Source: Podarcis cretensis (taxonomy: Eukaryota). Taken from it: DNA of 64,000 nt. The translations under genes were made by a program, and so were the position numbers. Position 1 is the first letter of the stretch. Every line of letters starts with the position of its first letter. The notes beneath the pieces are model-generated. The model saw only the letters and a list, made by a program, of their open reading frames with translations. It had not been told where the DNA came from and searched no databases. This document shows positions 25,732 through 39,069 of this stretch, one piece after another. The DNA is taken from contig OX638153.1 in NCBI GenBank assembly GCA_951804945.1, positions 50,964,001 through 51,028,000 on the forward strand, written 5' to 3'.

Positions 25732-26403
25732 ATGTATGCTGCCTTGGCTTTCATGATGGAAGGAAGAGGGGATAGAAATGTAAGAAAATAAAGAATGTGG
25801 GAAAACTGCATCAAAGCATAGCTTAATTGGCATGGCTCCCATTGCCATTTTAATACCTTGTGTGGGTAATGTAACATTATTCTCCATTGAGGTGTGGTGT
25901 CTTGAATGATATAAGATAAATGATATAAATGATATAAGATAAATTAAGTCACAATTTATGATTCCTCTTTTCTACATCCAATATTGGGCTTGTCAATAAT
26001 TTGGTTCCTATGTAAAGAATATATGGTATTTACTTCTTGAGTAGCACTGGTAGCTATCAACAAGATGGAAGATAAAACATAAGCCTGCAAGTTGCTCCTT
26101 GTTCATATAAATGTCAGTACAGTCTGTATAAGAATAATCTATTTCTTTAACAAAAATACAAAAGAGACCCGAGAAAGTATCTGGACTTAATTTTCAAATA
26201 CTTTGGAAATATCAGAGATTGGAATGCAACAAACTAATGGCCTCCAGATTCTTTTTTGGTAGTTCATAGACAAAAGGTTGAGGTGGAGATATGGAATGCT
26301 GTTAGGAGAAGGATAGGAAGGAACTAAGGGAGGGAAATGTGTGAGAGAGATAATTTTAAATTTTTACATTTATGAAGTATTTCTGTAAACCATAACAATG
26401 CTT

Positions 26404-26407
<4 letters not shown>

Positions 26408-26458
<51 letters not shown>
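26408..26458. repeat. Compound microsatellite (TC)n(AC)n
   Basis: Directly visible. Confidence 0.95.
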
Positions 26459-27000
26459 TGCTAGCACCAGCACAGGCAGCCACACCCCTGCAGATATACC
26501 CAACAAGTTGGTTACTGCATACCCAAATAATATATCTTACATGACCAGGCAAATGTTGTACAGTAGTTCCAGTCTCCAGGGGACCACAATACTGCAAAGC
26601 TTAGGACTGCTGCCCAGAAGTATTTGATAGTGCATGATTCACAAGAATACTATGTGTTAGGATGCCTAATTCTTACCAATTCCCATCCTTGAATGCAGCT
26701 CCATGTGACACATGCCATGACATTCTGGAGGGTCCCTCGGCATTCTTGAGAGGATTTACAGGGAACTACAGTGTGGAAGGGGTGCTAAGAAAGCCCCACT
26801 GCTTTAGAAAAATTACATTCACAGAACTCTGTATCCAAACTTATATTTGAATGCAAATTCAACTGACAGTTTAAAATAAATTAGCCCTGCACATGCATAC
26901 ACTCACCAAATAAGTTAAGTGGTGCAATAACCTTTGAAAACACTACTTACCTAGGTGGCCAGAGCTGTCAAAACTGAAAAAGTCAGTATCTTTAATTTTT

Positions 27001-27030
27001 TATTATTAAGCATTATTAAGCATTATTAAG

Positions 27031-27064
<34 letters not shown>
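27001..27064. repeat. (CATTATTAAG)3 plus (ATT)n at the tail of an L2 3' end
   Basis: Directly visible. The adjoining 27075-27120 matches the L2 tail at 8485-8530. Confidence 0.85.
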
Positions 27065-27065
<1 letters not shown>

Positions 27066-28960
27066 GAATTAGAATTTATATACCACCCTATACCCACAGG
27101 TCTCAGGGTGGTTTACAGAATAATCAGGGCAATTTACAGAATAGCCCCTTCTTAAGCCATATTTATGTGTGTTGATCCAATCCAACATAGATCACAGCCT
27201 AGGAACTGAATGAAGGCGTAGGGACTGTTTTTATTTTACTGAGTTCCTGGATTCGAATAATATAGTTCACCCTGAAAGTCAAAAACTATTCATTTGAACT
27301 AACTGCAAATTTAATCTTGCTATTTTAGCAAGAGGTACTTGCTCCATAAAAGTCAGGTTTTGATTTATTTTGCTTAAGTAGGAAGTCAAGAATCTTGCAG
27401 AATCAAACGCTTTCATTGAGATACCACAAAATTATAGATCTATGTAAATTACAGCTATAAATTACCATACAAATAGGAGAGCAACGTTTAGACTTATTTC
27501 ATGCAGATTCAATGTTAAATCGCTATTTGTAACTTCTACTGCTAAATCTCATAATGGGGTAGCAAAACATCACATGATTCAATGCAAAAACGAATACAAT
27601 TTCTTACTCGTTCTTTATAGAAATGGAAGCAGACCCATACAATTTCTAGGTGACATGTTAGAAACCAGAAATAGATAACACTGGCATTAGCCATGAACTC
27701 ACTTTAGTTAGAATGGGCACAGTTTCAAAGTAATTTGTCAAATTATTGCAGATTGCAACAGAAAGTACCATTTTGTCAATAAAAGAAAGTTGGAAGCGAA
27801 CAACTGGAGCTCAGATTACAAGATGGAGACCAGAGGAGCCCCAGGCCCCTTACTTTTTGTGATGGCACCCTTAGCAGTTGTTGTTGTTTTTTTACAGAAG
27901 GTACCAGGAGTGGGGCATGATTCAATTAAAGGCAGAAGTCATAGGGCAAGATTCACAAATGACTCCCTACCTTTCTCCCCATAATTTGAATATTTCAGAC
28001 CACTGAACAAAGATTTGGAAGCATATCTGATCAACAACATGCACCTTCATCACTAAGCCACCCATCATTCCAGCAATAGCGACAGCTACCCAAATAGGCT
28101 GTTACATGCCAAGGCAATGTTAACACCATACATATGTAATATGTGTATACGCAAAAGAGCAAATATCAAAAGGATTCCACACCCTAGGCTGCAAAGCCCA
28201 CAGTCCAACCTAAAACACAGTGTGGGGCCTAACCAGCATTTTTTCTACATGAGCGGTGAAAACTGTGGAAAATAGGTAACATGAAAATGCTAAAACCAAT
28301 AAATTATCTGATCAATAAATTATCCGATCTGTATAGAAGGAGAGAGAGAGAGATTATATATTGATTGAACAACAGATCAGCTGTTAAAACCTGAAAGTGA
28401 ACAGAATTCTTTTTTTCTATTGTTCTTTTCATTTTGGGTATTAGCTAACCAGAAAAGCTATTTAATTTTTGCTACTTCAGAATGTAATAGGAAGAGGAGC
28501 TAGATTTGTGAGAATCAGTGTTCTACTTGTAAAATAATGATTGGTTTCATAGCAACCGACACATGCAAAACCTAGGTTCATAACTTCATTATATATTCAA
28601 GCAACAAAGCTCTGTCAGAAAAAAACCCTTTTGTAGCATCATAAAAAAGCCGAAACAGCAATTCTTTATTTCCAAGATCTCAGATATTTTAAGGAAGCTT
28701 TCTAAAATAAAGTGTCTATGGGATGAAACAGATGTGTCAACTAGTGAATGGTGTCTACATTAAACTTCACTGAGAGGTGGCTCCCAGCTGCAGGGCAAAT
28801 CCATTCATGTGGTATGGCTAGCTCAAGCAAAATTAAACTCACTTTGCATGGCATTTTGATTCTAGTTTTAGATGGATTCCAATCTCAATAACCCACTTAG
28901 GGACATAAAGAGAACTGTGCATGTCTTAAGGCACATCAGATTATCCTGCCATAACATCAA

Positions 28961-29004
28961 AAGGAAGGAAGGAAGGAAGGAAGGAAGGAAGGAAGGAAGG
29001 AAGG
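28961..29004. repeat. (GGAA)n microsatellite
   Basis: Directly visible. Confidence 0.95.
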
Positions 29005-29025
29005 GCTAGCCACAGAACTCTAATG

Positions 29026-29353
29026 CATGGGTAGGCAAACTAAGGCCCGGGGGCTGGATCTGGCCCAATTGCCTTCTAAGTCCGGCCTGCAGACAGTCCA
29101 GGAATCAGCGTGTTTTTACATGAGTAGAATGTGTCCTTTCATTTAAAATGCATCTCTGGATTATCTGTGGGACCTGCGTGCCTGGTGTTTTTACATGAGT
29201 AGAATGTGTGCTTCTATTTAAAATGCATCTCTGGGTTATTTGTGGGGCATAGAAATTCGTTCATTTTTTTTTTTTTCAAAATATATTCCGGGCCACCACA
29301 AGGTCTGAGGGACAGTGAACTGGTCCCCTGCTGAAAAAGTTTGCTGACCCCTG
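29026..29353. mobile_element. hAT-Charlie-type MITE
   Basis: TIR CATGGGTAGGCAAACT / AGTTTGCTGACCCCTG and perfect 8-bp TSD CTCTAATG. Confidence 0.9.
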
Positions 29354-30764
29354 CTCTAATGGCTTTTGAGAACACAGATTAGTCTCTCCTTTCTATTTGA
29401 CCCGCATTCTTCATATGTTGCAAAAATATCAGTTGGAAATTAAGAACACCTGGGGCAAAGGCAATAAAAAGTCTATTTTCAAATCAACTCTTGAATACAT
29501 ATTACAATTTTGCATGTGAACATATGCTTATATCAACAGCACACAGAAGCGAGCCTTTCAGGAAAGCTTCATTTATTTATAAAAATATCTGTATACTGCA
29601 ATTCATTTTAAAAAATCAAAGCAGATTGCAACCATTATAATGCAATAAAAGCTGCACAAAAATTAAAACAGATTACAAGATGACTATTATGGAAAATGTT
29701 TTTCTTAATAACAAAAACCTTGTGCTTACAATGTTCAAGCTACTGTAAAAGGTGCTAGCTTGCAGCATTCCAAATAAATCATATTTGAGATATGTTTTGT
29801 TACGGAAAAACCCTTAGCTAGATCTTTTGGACATGGTCTGCTAATTGGGATAAGCAATGCTGCACAGATTTGCCCTAGTAAGAGGTTTAGGAACTGGTAA
29901 ACATCTGCTTGTTTTCTTAACATTAGCATCTGCACGAACTGTACACAAGTATTTCTTACTCCCTGTGAGACATTCATAATGCTACTTCTATCATGGTCCT
30001 CCAGCATACAACTTATTTTGGGACACACACACACAGTATCTCAAACAGTAGAAAAGGAAATTGCAAATATGTTTAAAAACAATACAAAACACACACCTAA
30101 GGTAGAGACCTTTTCAACTAGCTGGAAACGCTTGTCACTTATGTTAATACATGTCATTTCATCTTGCCTCTGGTTATGCTGTAAATGCAAGTCAGGAAGA
30201 CAGAAACGGAAGGAGCTGAAAAGAGGATATACTGTAATGTACCTAAGGTAAATTCATCTTTTTTAAAAAACACACACACAGGGACCTTCATGGGGAGGGG
30301 GGAGGGGCACTATTACACATTTATTATACTGGACTCTGATAAAGCCTGTGCTCAAGCCTTATTGGCTCCTGTATTTGCTCTCTTCTCTGTGGCTAGTCAC
30401 TGTATTACCTTTTCCTGGTTACATTTCTATTTCCTGCCAGCATACTTTGGGCTAATCTATACATGTACCTGGATAAGGAGGTACAATGTACTGTGCCATT
30501 TTAAAGGAGGTACAGTGTACTGTGCCTTTTTGCTCTTGCTGGCACTTAAAAAAACACCTCACTGCAAACAGGAATCTAGCAGAGCAGGCTGGTTTGGAAC
30601 TCTCCCATGATACTCTCCCATCTGGTCCAACCCCCTGCAATGGAGGAATCTTTTGCCCAATATGGGGCTTAACCCATGATCTTGAGATGAAGAGTCTCAT
30701 GTGGGATATTATGCATGGGATATGCTATGATTATAATGCTTATGCTACAAATGTAGCATAAGTA

Positions 30765-30806
<42 letters not shown>

Positions 30807-31598
30807 GTACACAACCAAACTGAACAATTTCCATGTAAACCACAGTAACTAAAAATAAAGATATAATAATAATATTAACAACAACAACAACCCAACCCAA
30901 CAATAACAGCCCAAGAGTCTGTTGACCAGCCTCAGCCCCATCCCTTGGTCAGATGCCTCTATACCATCAGCTTATTGGATAAAACACACAATCATATAGG
31001 TAAACATAAAGCCTCCTCAAAGATGGAGACCTTAAAGTGATACAAAGCAGAACACTCTCAGTGTCTGACAGCTACCTTTCTCATACACAAGTGATGGTTT
31101 TCCTGTAGCAATTTCTATTTTACTACATATATCCAGCAAGTTCCAAGAGTTTATTTTTATTTGACATGTTACCCTACTGCCTATCACAGCAGATTTATTC
31201 GGTTTTTACAGAAGTTGTCTAGTACAGTGAATATAAACCTATCACAAAAAATATAAATTATGAAGAAATACTGGAATAAAATGTATATTTGAATTAAGGT
31301 TAAGAACTGTCTAAACAGCAACATTAGGAGCATTCATGTAGGTAAGTTATGACAGCTATCACTCCCTTTCAAAGAAGAATCAAGGGGAAACAGGCAGACA
31401 AATATGGAATCGGGATTATAAGCAGAAGCACATGAACTCTTAGAGGTTTCCCACGCGTGCTGTGGTGGGACTTGACACACCAGTACATACAGTTTGTTCA
31501 TACAGCCCAGAGATCAGAGAAGTTCCCCCACCTCCCTTGAGATTCTAGCCTTCAATATTTCTGTTCCTAGGACAGTGATTCCTGCCATCATCTATCTA

Positions 31599-32159
31599 CC
31601 GTATTTTTCGCTCCATAGCATAAGACACCTGACCATAAGACGCACCTAGTTTTTAGAGGGGGAATGCAAGGGGGGGATTCTTTAAAGGGAGCGCTGAGCA
31701 GAGCCTTTATGCATCCCAGGCTCTGCTCAGCACTCCCTTTCACGAGCTGTGAGGAGCACGTGTGTGGCGCTTGCAGGCTTCTCCTACCTCAGGGAAAAGC
31801 TCCCAAGAGCTGCACACACGCTCCGCGCAGCTCTTTAAAGGGAGTGCGGCTCTTGCGGGCTTTTCCAGGAGGTGGGGGAAGGAAAAGAGGGCAGCCCCTG
31901 TCCCTCCCCCCACCTCCCGCAAAAGCCAGGGATAGCCGCGCGAAGCCTCCTCAGGGCAATGGGATGAAGGCTCCCCGTGCCCTGAAGAGGCTTCCACGGC
32001 GAAGCTAGAACAGCAGGAGGGAGTGCTGCGCAGCGATCCCTCTCGCTGTCCTGGCTTCTGGCTTAGCCGCACAGCCTGCATTCACTCCATAAGACGCGCA
32101 CACATTTCCCCTTACTTTTTAGGAGGGAAAAAGTGTGTCTTATATAGCGAAAAATACGG
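31599..32159. mobile_element. Tc2/pogo-like non-autonomous DNA transposon
   Basis: TA-CCGTATTTTTCGCT...AGCGAAAAATACGG-TA with a GC-rich interior. Confidence 0.88.
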
Positions 32160-32368
32160 TATTTTTTTAAACCAAGAAGGGAAACAATGGCTATGTACAC
32201 ACAATACATTTAAAGCACATTACTTTATGTGAAGAATTCTGGAAACTGTACTTAATGGATTGTTTAATTTTAATTGTAAAGTGTGCTGGGAATATAATAA
32301 TTGCAGCTTGGGAGTACAGTTCCCAGGATTTTTTCTGAAAGCAATGTGCTTTGATTGTATAGTGAGTG

Positions 32369-32504
32369 CAGTGTTTCCCAGCCTTGGGTCTCCAGCTGTT
32401 TTTGGACTACAACTCCCATCATCCCTTGCTAGCAAGACCAATGGTCAGGGATGATGGGAATTGTAGTCCAACAGCAGCTGGAGACCCAAGGTTGGGAAAC
32501 ACTG
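32369..32504. mobile_element. Fold-back (palindromic) hAT-derived MITE
   Basis: Near-perfect ~58-bp arms CAGTGTTTCCCA...ACTACAACTCCCATCATCCCT and their reverse complement, with GTATAGTG on both flanks. Confidence 0.85.
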
Positions 32505-32829
32505 GTATAGTGTATAAATACCAACAACCTGATATTTCAACAGGATCAGTTCTCAGTCTGAATTGTCATTCTTAGGACTAGCCAATTGGATAGTTATCCT
32601 TCTCCTTAGCTGTACACTACTATTCTCCTACAGCAGCGCATAGCTACATCTTACAGTCTTCTTTTTAAAAACCACACAGGAGGAGCATGGGCGTCTCTCT
32701 GCAGTACATCTCCTGTCTTTATTTCAACAATTTTTCCACATTTCATCTATGTGAGCAAGATAACAAACAAAGTAGATAGTAGGCAACTGCAGACTTGAAA
32801 CAATACTATGAATAAAATCTGGTGGCAGC

Positions 32830-33081
32830 GTGCATTGGTCTCCAACCCCATCGTTCTACCCAGACACTGAGGTCCAGCACTGAGGGCCTTCTGGTGGTTC
32901 CTGCACTGCGAGAAGCCAAGTTACAGGGAACCAGGCAGAGGGCCTTCTCGCCCTCCCACCAGATGTCAAAGAGAACAACAACTACCATCTGAAGGCAGCT
33001 TTTGATGTTTGATGTATTACAGTATTTTCAGATTATTTTGGAAGCCCAGCCAGATGGGTGGGGTATAAATAATAATAATAA

Positions 33082-33129
<48 letters not shown>
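32830..33129 (+). mobile_element. L2 LINE 3' fragment with (ATT)n tail
   Basis: CTGAGGTCCAGCACTGAGGGCCTTCTG...AGGGCCTTCTC and GGGGTATAAATAATAA tail. Other L2 pieces lie at ~38310-38660, ~57330-57640 and ~62250-62590. Confidence 0.7.
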
Positions 33130-33130
<1 letters not shown>

Positions 33131-33269
33131 TAGAAAGCTGCATCCCACTATCACGCCCAAATATTTGCTGTTTCAGTCTAGCTTGCAAAACTACCTTCCA
33201 AGAAAAAAAAAAAATTCTTCTGAATCAGATGTGTATACTACTTTAAATGCCCCTATGGAGAGAGAGTAA

Positions 33270-33632
33270 GGGACGCGGGTGGCACTGTGGGTAAAAGCCT
33301 CAGGGCCTAGGGCTTGCCGATCGAAAGGTCCGCGGTTCGAATCCCCGCGGCGGGGTGCGCTCCCGCTGCTCGGTCCCAGCGCCTGCCAACCTAGCAGTTC
33401 GAAAGCACCCCCGGGTGCAAGTAGATAAATAGGGACCGCTTACCAGCGGGAAGGTAAACGGCGTTTCCGTGTGCGGCTCTGGCTCGCCAGAGCAGCGATG
33501 TCACGCTGGCCACGTGACCCGGAAGTGTCTCCGGACAGCGCTGGCCCCTGGCCTCTTGAGTGAGATGGGCGCACAACCCCAGAGTCTGTCAAGACTGGCC
33601 CGTACGGGCAGGGGTACCTTTACCTTTACCTT
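33270..33632 (+). mobile_element. Sauria SINE (young subfamily)
   Basis: Full length, with 15-bp TSD TATGGAGAGAGAGTA. Confidence 0.95.
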
Positions 33633-34336
33633 TATGGAGAGAGAGTAGAACCATCCAGAAGAATGAAACACAGTATTATTTGCTAATCACTTCTAACACA
33701 CACACACAAAATATATTTCACAACTGCTGTTTCTTACCTCACAAACTATACATTTGCAACGAAATTTGTCCAAGACAGATGTTTGCTTCCCAAATGGCCA
33801 ATTCAGAGTGACGGTCCATGGTCAGCAACCAATTCTGACATTTGTTCATGTGAAAGCTGTTTTCCAGATCTAAACACATGTCACGACCACTCCCTTTGGC
33901 AACTAACTAACTCTGTAATCACTTCAGAGGCTTCCATTGCAGCACACAAATATTTTCAAGTATTATATCCCAGCGACTTGAAGAAGAGTGTGTGTGTGTG
34001 CGTGTGTGTATCATGCTTTCAATGGACACAAAAGTTGCAGCAAACAGCCTGGCAACTGATGGTAAACAAAAAAAAAAATTTCTTGCTGCCTTTCATCCAT
34101 ACTATAATTGCAGTTAAATTATGAACAATCATCGTAAGAACTGTATACAATTGTCCATAAGAATACTTAGAAGCAGCCTTAGAAGCAGATAGTAATGTTA
34201 CCCTTACAGAATTGGTTTGTGTGTGTGTTTTAAGAATCAGGGTGGGGGAATTATAAAATTAATTTTTTCGTATTGACACATATTAACTGAAACAGCATCA
34301 TTAAATGCATTCTCCAGATGCTGAGACAAATATATA

Positions 34337-34483
34337 CCGTATTTTTCTGTGTATAAGATGCCCCCTATTTTGGGGGACTCAAAATTAAGAAAATGCACTA
34401 TGCACTATCTGCATATAAGACGACCCCTTATTTTAAACTTCAAAAATTTAGGGGAAAATAGTCTTATACACAGAAAAATACAG
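34337..34483. mobile_element. Tc2/pogo-like MITE
   Basis: TA-CCGTATTTTTCTGTGTATAAGA...TCTTATACACAGAAAAATACAG-TA. Confidence 0.85.
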
Positions 34484-34780
34484 TAATTTCTTGCAGCATT
34501 TTGGGGGCTAAATGTTAAGCAGTCCCAGATTCTGTACATAGTTATAACAATATTTTAAATTAGAAATTAAGGCATTGATAAGATTAAAATACTATGCATA
34601 TCAATTTTATATACTCATTCTTAAAGTGATCAGACTAGTAAAATAAAGGATACTAAGATTAACTACTATGCATGTAATATTTCAAGACAGAATGAGATTA
34701 GGAAGTCTTATGTCTGTCGGCTTTGGTCTGCATAAACAAGCCTAACAAATATGTTTTATAAAACATAGTGAGATTGGTCA

Positions 34781-34819
<39 letters not shown>

Positions 34820-37800
34820 TTAACAAGTAAAGTACTATAATAATAAACAAGTCTTTACTTTTTAATGAAAGCAGCCAATATTGCCAAATTGGCTTTGACC
34901 AATTTGATAATATTGATAATATTTGATAAGTTGCTAAAAACAGACAACTTATCCCAAATAAAAAACACTGTCATTCAAACTGTTCTCCAGACTGTGTTTC
35001 AGGATAAAATGACATCAAATAAAATTTTCAATACTTTTTTTTTTTAGTTATGCACCCTTTGGCTGTGTCTGTAGCCTGTAACCTAAGGTTTAGTAGTGTT
35101 TTGCAGAAGCTGTCAGTCAGAAGCAGCAAGCAGAAAGTAAGAATGCTCAGGAGCAGCACTCCGGACTGCAACATTTTGTTGCAGCTCCTTGTTATATATG
35201 TATGTCTTCTTTGTTTTATATAAAACTCCAGAGATATAAACCAACCAGTAAAAGCAGGTTCAGCATAAGGCTGTCCAAGAGCTTAATCCTTTTATTTATT
35301 TATGGGCAGCCATAAAAATCAAACAACAACAAACTTGTACAGCTGTCCTCCATTTAGACCTTGAAACTCCTGGAACAGGAGGAAGTAAAATTGAGATGTA
35401 GTCCCAATGCTCCTGGCTTGTAGGAAGAAGTGCCTCATTGACCAGCATTAAATTGTGCTCTTATATATTACATCTCACCACATCACTACACAGCTGTGTA
35501 TTAGTTCCTGATGAATCATCCATGAAAATTGAACCGTACACCCCTCAAGATCTTAAGGGAGAGGTGGACTAGCTTCAGACAGCAAAGTTCCATCCTCAGT
35601 GGGCTTATCATTGTAGAAAAATAGGCTAGGCTATGGTCTAAAGATTGGTTATATAAGGAAAATAATATGCTAAATGTGTAATGTGTCTGTAAACTTTGTT
35701 TCTGCCCTCTGTAAATCCTGCACTTGAAGCAATATGCTTATAGTCATACAAGCCACACAGGAGGAGACACAAAATAAGTGAAAACGAGAACCACAAAGTT
35801 GGGACGGGCTAGAAGGGAATATCGCATCCAGTCCCACACCTTGAACCACTCAGTTTGCCTCTCCATCATCGCAGATCCACCACATACCCAGAATGAAATA
35901 AAGGGCTCCTGCAAGCCAATTACTGCTTAATACTGCATGCCTTCAAGTCATTGATTTTACATCCGTCACTGGTATTTAGGACCAAAAAAGAAATTATACT
36001 ACAATGAATGAAATATCACCTGATTTCTCCATTGGAAGAAACATGGCTAGAAACAAAGCATGACTGGAAATGTTACTTGAGGAATGTTAACTGACCTATT
36101 TTCCTCCCCTCAACTATTTCAGTTTGGCATCATAGGCTAGGAATGCTGTATGCAGTTTTAGTTGAGTGTAAATAAGACACAAAGGAGCTCCAGAAGCTCC
36201 GGGCAAGCATCCAGTATGTATTTTCTTATCTCTGCTGAGGGCATAAGTCTCAACAAGAAAAGTGATGTTTGGGCTAATGACACCATAATGTTCAGTTCAG
36301 GATACAGTTCAATCTGTGAGCCTCAAATGATCCTTCATATTCTGCCTTTCTGGAACATATACATTCTGCAAAGGATGTGAAAAATGCTTAGAATTTGAGT
36401 GCTCAGTAAATCGTTCACTCTACCCATACACACAGATCCAAAAAACAGGTGTGTCCCCCACCACCACCACCACAACAACACATGGAGGGTCTTCCTATAC
36501 TTCCAATATGCTGGGTGAATGCTAAGAGGTGTCTTTTCTTTTTTATGCAAACTAAGGTTTTTTGGTTCCGTTTCTTTCAATATTCCAGTGAACTAAGTAA
36601 TCCTGTTTCTTGCCATTAGGAATGAGTGAGTCTTTCAGTTTCAGTTCTCCCAATTTCTTATTTTTCCATTCTAAAATTCAGTTCTCCACACTTCTGTAGC
36701 AATTTGCCATTAAAAAAAAAAAATCCTTAAAATTTGTCAGCATTTCAGTGCTAACTTCTAATAAGCACATGTTTCTATGCAATTCTGACTAATGAACACA
36801 TTTCTACAAGCCATTCCCTCTAAGATAATGATTTTTGTATGTTATTTAAATGAATACATTCATTTTTATGCACATTCCTCATATTCATATATATATATGT
36901 ATACACACAGAGAGAGAAAGAGAGAGAGATTGGTTAGAAAACTGCATCACAAAATTTGGGTATGTATTTCAAAGTATAACTGAGTTTTGGCTCTCAAATT
37001 GTTTCAGAAAGTGTGAATTAGTTAAGTTCATCCTGAAATGAGTACTGAATTTAATTCTGCCCCCCCCCCCCAATCACTACTTGCCATAGAATTGTAGAGT
37101 TGGAAGGGACCATGAGGGTCATCTAGTCCAATACCCTGCAATGCAGGAATCTTTTGTCCAATGTGTTGATGGTGTATTATAATTGTTAATAGGCTTTATT
37201 AATACATTGTGAACTATAACTGCTGTGGCCTGACTCTCAATGGTATTCTAATTTAATAATCCATTGCATTGCCACAGATTGATATAGATTTAATAAACAA
37301 TTGATGAATTGATAAACAGCAATAAGGCCATGGGCTACACTGCTAAAACAAACTAAAAGCTTCAGGAAAGCAATAATCTAAAATGCTTCCATTATTTATA
37401 AATTTATAAATGCAGGAGCATCCTATTAAGGCTGGGCAATATATCAATATATAATACAAATCCAGTTTGAAGCCCATATCATGATACTGGGTTTATAATT
37501 TGTGTTTTCTGTTATGAAGTCTATATGTTCCTGACCCATGGAGAATTTATTTTTAAAATAGTATAACTTTTAAAATGTTAATGTTTCCTAAATTGCTTTT
37601 AGGTTTGTTTATCATGTCACAAAGAATCAGCATATTGCAGAAGTGCACTAGATATATTCTTTACTGGTGTTTTCAGTAAGAGAAGAAGTAGGCCAGTGCA
37701 TGCTCCCTCAGAATTAGGTCAAAATTTAAACAAGTCATTCACAAGCGATTCAGGTTTTAACATTTTCCCTGGTCTCCTCAGTATTCTATATTTTACTTGT

Positions 37801-39069
37801 AAAATTAGAATTTATTGTATAACTCCCAAATAAATCTGCATTTAGAAATTTAACAGGCTATTAGCAAGTTAAACTGAAAGCTAAATAAATACTGCACACT
37901 GAGATAAAATTATTGAACAACTTAGCAAATAGTAAATACTATCATCTTTCATAAGCAGTACCAATCTTATTAAACCATTAAAATATACATATCTCTGCAG
38001 TCCTTTCTGCAGGCAGGCAGGGATTTGGAGGAGAATGCAGAAATATTAATTTTCCACACTTTCCAGAAGAAAAAAAAACACTAACCAGATAGCAATATAA
38101 AGTGCAGTTACTCTCATCTGCAAGGTGGGCTATTTCCTTTGCAGATATTTAACATAGTATGCATTTCTATTAAAACCACTTGCAACCAGAGCACACTGTA
38201 GATTGAAGGTATTGGATTGGTCAGATAAAATACTTGTACTATATATGTATGAGCAATTGTGGTCTAACCAGGAGTGAGCCTGGTCAGCATAAGAAACCTG
38301 TGCTCAGAGATCTAAGAGATCGCCTTACCCCACATGTGCCCACTCAACCACTTCGATCCAGCAGAACTGGCACTCCTACAACTCCCGCACAATACCCATT
38401 CTGCATTTTAAGAGCCCAGTTGTTTAGCGTAGTAGCACCTACACTTTGGAACTCCCTGCCTATTGATATCAAGCAGACTCCTTCACTGTTCTCTTTTTGG
38501 CACCTGCAAAGAACATTTTTGTTTAGATAAGCCTACCCAGATGCTTAGAAAGTTGAGGTAATTTTAATTTGCTTTAATATTGATTTTATTGTTTTACCTT
38601 TTTCAAAATTGCTTTGAGATTTGTTTTTTTACAAGAAATGAATAAGTGAATGAATGAATCTTCATTGTGCATCGTATTAAGGACCAAGAAACTACAGAGC
38701 AGCACCTGAGGACAGCAAAAAGAGAGAATGGAAACTGTAGCTTCCAGTGGGTTGGAAAGGGTAATCACTATGTGAGGACAACTTGCAATATGTCTGCGCA
38801 AATACTAGGAAGCAACAGGAGTTAGGGAAACTTCAATAGATGTATTTATTTGTAAACAGCAGATAAACAACTCAACATGGAAGTTAGAACTTGCTATTTG
38901 GGTAAAACTAAAGTTTCAACTAGTCCCCACTAAACTTTGGATGGAATCACACCCAGGGAGAGGTGGGGAGTTTCTATCACAGGCACATATCGTAAAGAGA
39001 CATGACAGACACACAAACACACACTATACAAAGTTTCTAATAGTCCTCAAACTATTTGATACAATTACT

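Noticed and set aside
26500-26625. Possible AmnSINE/ancient conserved element
   Set aside because: Only short motifs are reminiscent of the family, which cannot be supported without an alignment.
31545-31560. Possible ATRNL1 exon 2 end (minus strand ATTGAAGGCTA = IEG)
   Set aside because: The upstream codons do not give CTWL and there is no GT donor.
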